Assembly: GCA_950097015.1 (NCBI GenBank)
Contig: CATNEN010000030.1
Coordinates: 1,612,001-1,676,000, forward strand
DNA from: Macrostomum hystrix
Lineage: Eukaryota > Animalia > Platyhelminthes
Direction of reading: 5' to 3'
DNA: 64,000 nt
This document shows, piece after piece, positions 50,601 to 60,800 of this stretch (its first letter is position 1; each line of letters opens with the position of its first letter). The notes beneath the pieces were generated by a model. The model had not been told where the DNA came from. It made no database searches and saw nothing but the letters and a program-made list of their open reading frames with translations. A program made the position numbers and the translations under genes.

Positions 50601-53600
50601 AGATTAGCAATCCACACATTAGTTAGTAGAATAGATTAGCAATCCACACCTCAGTCAGTAGAATAGATTAGCAATCCACACCTCAGTCAGTAGAATCGAT
50701 TAGCAATCCACACCTCAGTCAGTAGAATAGATTAGCAATCAACACCTCAGTCAGTAGAATAGATTAGCAATCCACACCTCAGTTAGTCTACTAGATTAGC
50801 AATCCACACCTCAGTCAGTAGAATAGATTAGCCATCCACACCTCAGTCAGTAGAATAGATTAGCAATCCACACCTCAGTCAGTAGAATAGATTAGCAATC
50901 CACACCTCAGTCAGTAGAATAGATTAGCAATCCACACCTCAGTCAGTAGAATAGATTAGCAATCCACACCTCAGTTAGTCTACTAGATTAGCAATCCACA
51001 CCTCAGTCAGTAGAATAGATTAGTAATCCACACCTCAGTCAGTAGAATAGATTAGCCATCCACACCTCAGTCAGTAGAATAGATTAGCAATCCACACCTC
51101 AGTCAGTAGAATAGATTAGCAATCCACACCTCAGTCAGTAGAATAGATTAGCAATCCACACCTCAGTCAGTAGAATAGATTAGCAATCCACACCTCAGTC
51201 AGTAGAATAGATTAGCAATCCACACCTCAGTCAGTAGAATAGATTAGCAATCCACACCTCAGTCAGTAGAATAGATTAGCAATCCACACCTCAGTCAGTC
51301 GAATAGATTAGCAATCCACACCTCAGTCAGTAGAATCCTCTCATTTCTTCTGTCTCATCATTTCATTTTAATTTTCCAATGCAGAAGGTCTATCGCGTAT
51401 CCAGAGTGCCAGAGGAAAGCAATAATTGCCTCCTACAGCAAGGTGGATCTAACTGATCTCTTTGAGTCGGTCTCAACCAGCGTATCTCGCTTCAGGAGAA
51501 CTTTCTGCTCTTCTCCCAGCGAAATTGATTCCCTGCTGTTTAGCGGCAACGCAAACCTCACAATCCAGACCAGTTTGTCAGACCTCATTCTCTCAGGATT
51601 CAATCTGACTGTGCTGGACCTGCCAAGGCCGCGGCAAGGTTGACAATTCATTTATTTTTTAATTGCTATTGAATTCATACTCGAGTGCAGACTCAATGAC
51701 TGGTTCTCATTCCTGATGCACTCTACATTCAGTGTCTCATTCCTGATGCACTCACATTCAGTGTCTCATTCCTGATGCACTCACATTCAGTGTCTCATTC
51801 CTGATGCACTCACATTCAGTGTCTCATTCCTGATGCACTCTCATTCAGTTTCTCATTCCTGATGCACTCACATTCAGTTTCTCATTCCTGATGCACTCTC
51901 ATTCAGTGTCTCATTCCTGATGCACTCACATTCAGTGTCTCATTCCTGATGCACTCACATTTAGTGTCTCATTCCTGATGCACTCTCATTCAGTGTCTCA
52001 TTCCTGATGCACTCACATTCAGTGTCTCATTCCTGATGCACTCACATTCAGTGTCTCATTCCTGATGCTTCCAATTACTCTCCCATTGACCCGCCGAATT
52101 AAACCGCAGGCTGCTCAACTGTTAATATCAGCACAAAGTACTCAATTGATAAGGCTTTTAAGATCTTTCACATCAAAGCGAAGGCTGGCTGTGTTGTGGC
52201 AGAGTCGATCCAGATGAAAGGCTTCTACAATGCGTACTCAGTGAGTTATGGATTTTGTCTAATGATCTACGCTATTCATTTACAAAAAATTGCATCTGTA
52301 AGACAGCAAGCCACCTGTTAGACTGGAAGCCACCTGTTAGACTGGAAGCCACCTGTTAGACATTAAGCCACCTGTTAGACATTAAGCCACCTGTTAGACT
52401 GGAAGCCACCTGTTAGACTGCAAGCCACCTGTTAGACAGCAAGCCACCTGTTAGACCGGTAGCCATCTGTTAGACAGGAAGCCACCTGTTAGACATGAAG
52501 CCACCTGTTAGACTGGAAGCCACCTGTTAGACAAGAAGCTACCTGTTAGACTGGAAGCCACCTGTTAGACAAGAAGCTACCTGTTAGACATGAAGCCACC
52601 TGTTAGACATGAAGCCACCTGTTAGACTGGAAGCCACCGCAGTATTAATCGCAGAATTCCGTGTTTCCAGAGCACATTGCTGAAAGCGACGTTCTACCTG
52701 AGCTGTAAAAATCAGCGGAACACGTCACTGGAAATTATCAGCCAGCAGATTATTGACTCAGTGCCCTGCGGCGGGACAAAAGTAATTTACGGCTCCTGGA
52801 ATTATCCCTTGTTGTTAAAGTTTCCAGAGGAAACGGATGCTCAGCTTATCAGCAATGTGACCTACAATTTTCCTGGTGAGTGAGAATATCCAGTCTCTTC
52901 AACATCCTTGGTGCGTTGTGCATGAGGCGATCAAAGCAAAATGCCGCGTTTTCCCGTCACGCAGTGTTTCAAGCCCTGTGCCAAGAGTTGAACAGCAGAA
53001 ACAATATGAGCGACAACAGCGTCGGCTACCTCAATCTGCCCCTGTTCATCTCGCCCGGCCGTCTTCCAATCACGCGCAGCCACTATTTGCAGCTAGCCTG
53101 CCAGTTTGAGCTACCATACCGGCCCGGGTTCAGTCTGCTGCTGCGAATCAGCCACAATCTCAATTACGAAGACATCGACTTCTATTGCCACTCAAAGCTG
53201 TCTTCTAGGGGCATCAGTCCGCACATTGTGCTCACAGCCAAGCAGCGCGATCCGGACAGTTCGGAAGCCTGGATTGAGCAGCAGCTTGAGATGTGCCACG
53301 GCTACTCGGTGGGCACTTTGAGCACTAAATCTGAGCTGCTAGTAGACGGTTCGGTGACAGTCAGTCTGCTGTCAGTGCAGCAGAGCTGGAACGGCCTCAA
53401 CAACTCGGGCAGTCTGCAAATGTTCAACCAGACTCGAACAAACGACTTGAGCTTCATGATCAGCTACGAGTACGGTGAGAACCTTTTCGAGCGTATGGAC
53501 AGATGCTCGATACTCGATACTCGATGCTCGATACTCGATACTCGATGCTCGATACTCGATGCTCGATACTCGATGCTCGATACTCGATGCTCGATACTCG

Positions 53601-55871
53601 ATGCTCGATACTCGATGCTCGATACTCGATGCTCGATACTCGATGCTTGCTACTCGATACTCGATACTCGATGCTTGATACTCGATGCTCGATGCTCGAT
53701 ACTCGATACTCGATACTCGATACTCGATGCTCGATACTCGATACTCGATGCTCGATACTCGATGCTCGATACTCGATGCTCGATACTCGATGCTTGATAC
53801 TCGATACTCGATACTCGATGCTTGATACTCGATGCTCGATGCTCGATACTCGATACTCGATACTCGATGCTCGATACTCGATACTCGATACTCGATACTC
53901 GATGCTTGATACTCGATGCTCGATGCTCGATACTCGATACTCGATACTCGATGCTCGATGCTTGATACTCGATACTCGATACTCGATGGTCAATGCTCGA
54001 CTTTTTAAGCTCGATTCTCGACGTTTCATGCTGGTTACTTGATGCACGATTCTCATTAACTCGATGCCTGATATTCAAAGATTTATGCTTGATGCTCGGT
54101 GCTATATAAATTGCATAACATCTGATGAGCGATACCTTTACACCCGATTCGACCTCCAGTTCCAAGCTGCCCCGAGCTGCGGTGCCGCTCGTTGGACCCG
54201 GCCCAATCCAACTGTGGCAAGACCTCTCCGAGTAACCTGCAGCTAACGGCTGAGCTGGCGAAAACGCCGACTTCCGATTGCAAATGGAACATCCCGATCA
54301 ACTCGGAGATGCGAGACGCCATGGCTAGGCAGTCTGATCACTGGCTGGCTCGAGTCGAACTGTCCAACTTCGCATTCGGCTGCCCGTGCCACGACTGTCG
54401 CACGGAGTTGCAGCACATGACGATCGCGCACAAGCCGGCGGATGATAGCCCAAGCTCCGACAGACTGATCATCTGCGGCGACTACCGCACGGAAAGCAAG
54501 GTGGTGCACCTGGCTCTCACACCTAGTCAGCCAGACATCCAGATTTCCTTCTCAGCTCTGGAGACTGGAATCAATGTTAGCGTGACATTCATCGACTGCA
54601 GACGGAATTCCAGCCTGCGACAGTGCCAGGTGGCCAGCAGCCAATTCTGGGGAATAAAACAGGTTCCGCTATCCGGCAGAACGCCAGGTGAGAGCAGTTT
54701 TTTGGCCTGCAGGTTAGGCAACTGTCTAACACCTGGTCTGTAGGTTGGGCAACTGTCTAACACCTGGTCTGTAGGTTGGGCAACTGTCTAACACCTGGTC
54801 TGTAGGTTGGGCAACTGTCTAACACCTGGTCTGTAGGTTGGGCAACTGTCTAACACCTGGTCTGTAGGTTGGGCAACTGTCTAACACCTGGTCTGTAGGT
54901 TGGGCAACTGTCTAACACCTGGTCTGTAGGTTGGGCAACTGTCTAACACCTGGTCTGTAGGTTGGGCAACTGTCTAACACCTGGTCTGTAGGTTGGGCAA
55001 CTGTCTAACACCTGGTCTGTAGGTTGGGCAACTGTCTAACACCTGGTCTGTAGGTTGGGCAACTGTCTAACACCTGGTCTGTAGGTTGGGCAACTGTCTA
55101 ACACCTGGCCTGCAGGTTAGGCAACTGTCTAACACCTGGTCTGTAGGTTGGGAAACTGTCTAACACCTGGCCTGCAGGTTGGGCAACTGTCTAACACCTG
55201 GTCTGTAGGTTGGGAAACTGTCTAACAGGTGACAGCAGCTGGTCTGTAGGTTGGAAAACTGTCTAACAGGTGACAGCAGCTGGTCTGTAGGTTGGAAAAC
55301 TGTCTAACAGGTGACAGCAGCTGGTCTGTAGGTTGGGCAACTGTCTAACACCTGGTCTGTAGGTTGGGCAACTGTCTAACACCTGGTCTGTAGGTTGGGC
55401 AACTGTCTAACACCTGGTCTGTAGGTTGGGAAACTGTCTAACACCTGGTCTGTAGGTTGGGAAACTGTCTAACAGGTGACAGCAGCTGGCCTGCAGGCTA
55501 GGAAACTGTCTAACACCTGGTCTGTAGGTTGGGAAACTGTCTAACAGGTGACAACAGCTGGTCTGTAGGTTGAGAAACTGTCTAACAGGTGACAGCAGCT
55601 GGTCTGTAGGTCTAGGAGGCCAGTCTTCTGCACTGAGTACTAAATAAGCCTTCACTAATTTCTAAGCGCATTTTCACATGCTCCAATGCTGTCACTGTCA
55701 CTGTCAGGTGGTCTTGTGTTCCTGGCTGTTCTGCTGTCCCTCATGCTCATTGGCTGCCTGTTGTACATCAATCGAGCTATCGTATCGAGTCGTCTTCAAG
55801 CCGCTCTTGAACATCAGCGACTAACGAGAAACGATGACACACTGCAGCTCACGCTCGACTCTGCTGAATAG
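44647..55871 (+). CDS. Multi-CUB/CUB-like single-pass membrane protein, 11 exons, ~1126 aa
   Basis: Exons 44647-45157, 46063-46512, 46803-46958 (donor ambiguous), 49062-49295, 49606-49843, 51385-51638, 52110-52240, 52671-52875, 52965-53474, 54160-54687, 55708-55871; all phases match. Signal peptide, CUB motifs (CNWEV..FDRIELE..CKYDNL..LCG..FQTDSSVNMRGF), TM LVFLAVLLSLMLIGCLLYI and a short tail. Confidence 0.85.
45470..45930. repeat. 21-bp repeat (ACACCAACTGGACCTATTCAA), CUB gene intron 1
   Basis: Seen directly. Confidence 0.93.
46570..46781. repeat. 20-bp repeat (TCCCAGTGCTCGAGTGTCAT), CUB gene intron 2
   Basis: Seen directly. Confidence 0.95.
47035..49042. repeat. 32/34-bp minisatellite (TTAGATTAGTGAGTCAGTTCCTAATCCACAGC), CUB gene intron 3
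   Basis: Seen directly. Confidence 0.95.
49318..49562. repeat. 21-bp repeat (AATCACTCTGACCCCATCCTG), CUB gene intron 4
   Basis: Seen directly. Confidence 0.93.
49890..51335. repeat. 32-bp minisatellite (GATTAGCAATCCACACCTCAGTCAGTAGAATA), CUB gene intron 5
   Basis: Seen directly. Confidence 0.95.
51705..52066. repeat. 29-bp repeat (AGTGTCTCATTCCTGATGCACTCACATTC), CUB gene intron 6
   Basis: Seen directly. Confidence 0.93.
52307..52637. repeat. 19-bp repeat (AAGCCACCTGTTAGACTGG), CUB gene intron 7
   Basis: Seen directly. Confidence 0.93.
53503..53990. repeat. 7-bp repeat (TCGATAC/TCGATGC), CUB gene intron 9
   Basis: Seen directly. Confidence 0.95.
54705..55612. repeat. 31-bp minisatellite (CTGGTCTGTAGGTTGGGCAACTGTCTAACAC), CUB gene intron 10
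   Basis: Seen directly. Confidence 0.95.
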
Positions 55872-56353
55872 ACTATCCGTCTCTCATTGCTTGCTTTTGT
55901 TGAGTGTTTGATTGATTAATTGACGTATTGGTTGATCGATCGATCGATCGATTGATTGATGGATTGATTGTTGATTGATGTAATTTGTGCCGCTGCAGTG
56001 CTTAGCTTAGGACAAATTATTTTGTTTAATCGTTTAAGCGCTTGATAACCACTACTAGATAATCAGCTAGCATGTTACCCTGTTACTCTATCAGTTCAAT
56101 AGAAATCTATTGTTATTTGGCAATGCCTGTTTTGCCTTTGTTTAATCTCAAACACATTGATAATACATCACTTTGGATATCTCCTTGGTACAATAATTGT
56201 TCTCGACAAGTTTTGATTAAACAACAGAATTATTAAACCTTGGAAACATTTGAACTGCAATTGTATTACAAGTGATTTTATAACTGCTCAGATTGAGCGA
56301 CTGGTGGTTTGGAAGAGTGAGTGTGGCTCGTACTTGTATTTGATATTGGTTAA

Positions 56354-56893
56354 CAGTAGGACTACCAAACCATTTTGCCGCCCGTTTTTATACCAAGGGG
56401 AATTCACCCCCTGATCATTTTTGGCAGCGCCCGAATGCTAACAGCGTTGCGTGGTGACTGATTGATTGACACACTAGGCGATGCTGTCCTGTGTTTGAGC
56501 TGCGCCTAATATTTAGGCTTGATCAGTGAAATTGGAGAAATTCGCGTCAGGGTGTCCATAGTGGCCTAGCTTCCACCTGTTGTAGCCCTTGAAGGTCCAG
56601 CAGTCCATCTAGATAAACGGTAGGTGACCGCCGAAGACGGAAATGATGCAGGCACACTCGGGTGATTAATTTTGAAGGCCTGGCAAGGTCGCACTGAGGA
56701 AAAGTCCGACCTTCGGTCAGAACCATTGAATATCTCGACGGTCTGAAGAGCTGGCGACTAGATTCTTGTTTCAGAAGATGCGCTAAAAAAATTGTCCCGA
56801 GTTCTTGAGTTGCGTGTGCTTGCGTTGTTCCGTTCGGGTGCAGCACAAATAACTGTCAGAGGGGAGGAATCACCCCTCTTAGTAGTACTACTG
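56354..56893. mobile_element. Non-autonomous DNA transposon with CAGTAG TIRs and TTAA TSD
   Basis: TTAA|CAGTAGGACTAC at 56350 and GTAGTACTACTG|TTAA ending 56897; internal TGAATATCTCGACG core shared with other copies. Confidence 0.75.
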
Positions 56894-57097
56894 TTAAAAA
56901 TATAGATCAGGATTTTGTAGTCTTCGGTGGCTTTGATGGGTGCCACCATTAGCTGGGGTAGAAATTCAGGTGGGCGTGTCAGTCCACGGACCGTATTCCA
57001 CCCCAATTCGGACGAGACAAAACTCACTGTCGGATTTTGCAGTATGAAGGAAAATTGTGTTATCACATATGACATTTGCTCCTCGCGATCTATTTCT

Positions 57098-57320
57098 CAC
57101 ACAGACACCCTTGTGTGATCACAGACACCCTTGTGGGATCACAGACACCCTTGTGTGATCACAGACACCCTTGTGTGATCACAGACACCCTTGTGTGATC
57201 ACAGACACCCTTGTGTGATCACAGACACCCTTGTGTGATCACAGACACCCTTGTGTGATCACAGACACCCTTGTGTGATTGCAGACACCCTTGTGTGATT
57301 GCAGACACCCTTGTGTGTGA
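57098..57320. repeat. 20-bp repeat (CACAGACACCCTTGTGTGAT)
   Basis: Seen directly. Confidence 0.93.
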
Positions 57321-57874
57321 TTACAGTGATCTCAATTTAACAGAAGCCAAGAAGCATCCACCTTTTGAACTATCCCTATTTTGTCCCAACCCAAGCAATC
57401 GCGGCATTCAGGCAGCTACGAGCATTTATTCCGAATGCGATCTGGAAGCCACAGGGGCTTTCGAACGATCGAGACTGCCCTGCCAGCTACGTGTCCAGCG
57501 GTTCGCGTGCGCTCCTTTAGCCCTCAGTTGTGTCTGGATCTGGGGCTAAGCTGGCCGGATTGTAGCGCAAACGCTGAGGGTGGGCTTATGGAAAGGATCG
57601 TTCGGGTCAGGCCGTCACGCACGCCGCCGCCAACCACCCGCTCTCTCTCTCTCTCTCTCGCCTCCCCCTCTGATTGCCGAAGCCGCAAATTCCGCTTGGA
57701 TCCTCCGCCTGCCTGCCGCCCCTTTAATTTCGCCACCCGCACCCAGGGCTCGAAGGGCGGGGATGAGTGGCGAAGGAAACACGCACGCCGCAGCGGGACA
57801 ACTGTTGATAACAGCCGGCCCGAGCCTATTGCAGCACAGTTTAACACTCAGCGGACACTTGACTAAGTGCTCAG

Positions 57875-60800
57875 ATGAGCAGGGCAATCAGCTCGCACAG
57901 GCTGGCTGGCAAGAGCCGCCGGCTGGTCCGTCAGCGTGACATCGAGCAGCAGCAGCACCAGCAGCACCAGCATTCGTCTGAGGAGCGTCCAGCCAAGCCG
58001 CTGACTCGACAGCGCTGCGAGGAAGCCGACTTTGCCGATGTGGAGTTTGTGCTGCAGGAGGTGCCACATAGGGTCAGCGTGCGAGTCAGTCTTGTCACAC
58101 GTAAGAGCTTCAGAACACGCGTGCTTGCCTCAACTGTAGTTTGTTGTCTTGCCTCATCTGTAGTTTGTTGTCCTGCCTCAACTGTAGTTTGTTGTCTTGC
58201 CTCATCTGTAGTTTGTTGTCTTGCCTCATCTGTAGTTTGTTGTCTTGCCTCATCTGTAGTTTGTTGTCTTGCCTCATCTGTAGTTTGTTGTCTTGCCTCA
58301 TCTGTAGTTTGTTGTCTTGCCTCATCTGTAGTTTGTTGTCCTGCCTCAACTGTAGTTTGTTGTCCTGCCTCAACTGTAGTTTGTTGTCTTGCCTCATCTG
58401 TAGTTTGTTGTCTTGCCTCATCTGTAGTTTGTTGTCTTGCCTCATCTGTAGTTTGTTGTCTTGCCTCAACTGTAGTTTGTTGTCTTGCCTCAACTGTAGT
58501 TTATTGTCTTGCCTCATCTGTAGTTTGTTGTCCTGCCTCATCTGTAGTTTGTTGTCTTGCCTCAACTGTAGTTTGTTGTCTTGCCTCATCTGTAGCTAGT
58601 TTTTTTTTATTTTTTATTTTTAGTTTAATTTAGTCTCATTTGGCACGAGAGATCTATTAAATCGTCAGTCCTCCCCGCCCCTACCAAAGTGGTCTGTTGC
58701 GGCCAGAAGACGATATGGTCCTACCGGACGCACGGCCTCAGCCGGATGGGCCAGACGGACCTTCTGCTGCTGCTGGAGCACATCGCCATTGACAACGCCG
58801 TGCCAGCCGATCCCGTCTCCCTATTCGCCGGCGTCCTGAAGAAGGCCAAGGAGGGCAGCACGGTGGGCGATCTGGACCACACAGTCTTCCAGGCGAGTGA
58901 GCACGGCTTCTTAGGCAGCCAGTACACTGGCGGTGTCCTGTACTTCATGGAGAGCGGCCAGTGCTTCCACGGTCTGGTGCACCCGGCTGACTTCGGCAGC
59001 CTCCTGGCCTGCCGTCTGGTACATCGCCGGGAGCTGCCCTACCTGCTGCACTCGCCGACTCGCCTTCTGCTGCGGCTGGGCGCAGAGGATGGCGTCTACC
59101 CCTGCGGCCTGGTCAGCAACCGCTACCGGCCGCCTGTGTTCTATGAGCCCGCCCGCTCCGTGATGTCCATGTTTCGGGTAAGAAATAATCGATCACATCA
59201 GGGACCTCAATGACTCGGGGACCAGGGATTAACTTAAAGTAGAAAGACCACTTTTTCCCCCATGAGGAAGGACCACTGGGATATTTCAAATTCCCACTGC
59301 CTACTTCCCGAACCGAATGACCGATTTTCCTGGAAGTCCACCATATGGAACAAAATTTTCAAAGCCGTCTGACGTCAGCATCGTCGAGATCGGAGAACCT
59401 GATTGAATATCTCGACGATGCGGATATTTTGTGATTCTGGAAGTTTTTTGATCGGGTAGAGCGGAAAGTGCGGACTTTCATGGCGATTGGTTGAATATTT
59501 TGGGAGACACAGAAAAAAGAAAATTGTGGGTATTTGAAGTACCCCCCTGTTGTCTTTCTACTGTTAAAGGAGGTTTTGCCGCAACTCCGCGACGGCATGG
59601 TGCCACGACTGCGCGACTGCAACCTGACGCTGGAGAGCGGCGGCGGCATTGTGGTGTCAGCATTCGGCCGACGTCGGGCCGAGATGGCCGGCCTGCTGAG
59701 CATCTACGCTCCGGACACGGACGGAGTTCTGGCAGTGGCTGGCGAGCTCTGTCAGTCAGCCGATGCCCACCTGGTGGCCAGGGAGTCGCCCGGCGGCGAG
59801 TTTGAGACGCTGCTGTTCTCAGCTGCTGGCCGGCCGCACGCCTGGCCAACTGCCGGCGCACCGGCTGCGACGTCTGTGACGTCTGGCGGTGAGTGTTAAG
59901 CAGCCTTTACGTTAGCTAGCATTTCATTAGACTCTCGTCCGGGTGTCTGGTGGCAAAAACCAGCAATAATAGGCATAATTATTCTGCTCACAGAAATGGT
60001 ATCATATAACCATGTCAGCTATCATTTGTAACTATTTTGGATAGATTAATTAGTTAATACACATTTTTGAACCGATATGAATTCGCCAAAGAGGTTCATA
60101 CAAAGCAATGTTAGTTGTCCTTGTCACCAGGTTCTTCCACAAGAATCGCTGAATATCTAGACGATGCTGATGTCGGATGGCTCTGAAAGTTGGTTCATCG
60201 AAAAAAGCGGAAAGATTTAATTCAGATGGTGGACTTTCGCGAAAATCGGTCATTCGGTTTGGGAGCTATTGTGAAGTAGGCAGTTGGTCTTTCCCCAAGG
60301 GGAAAAATAGCGTGATCTTTCTACTGTTAAACATCGAGATATGGTCAGCGAGGTCCTTTGTTCGATCCCGCAGTCCCAGCTGTCACCGGCCTGAGCTTCA
60401 TCGCCCTGTCAACTCGCCTGGGCACTGCCGAGCAGCAGGGCTGCCTGGCGGCCATTGTGGAGGACGGAGTGGGCGTTGTGTGCAGCCGGCAGGACATGTC
60501 GGCCCTGTTGCAGGTGCGCCGACACCCTGAGTTCACCTGACCCTCTCACCAAGGGTCCTTGGTTAGTGCAATATAGAGAAGGGGCTAAGTGCATTTTGAG
60601 TTACTTTGTCGCTACATGCTGCACAAATTATACAGAGCCTGCATGAGGCCGAAGACATTGTACTGCCCGTCGACTGGCTGTTCCTGCACGACCGGCGGGG
60701 GCCAGTGAGAAATGCCAGCATTCGCTTTATCTGGCGGCACCAACCGGGGGAGTGAAATGGACAGAGCATGCTGCTGCTGCTACTGCAGCTGAAAACTGAT

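Noticed and set aside
56180-57075. Minus-strand frame that stays open when the 56354-56893 element is removed
   Set aside because: No recognisable homology, no start or in-frame splice solution; plausibly chance
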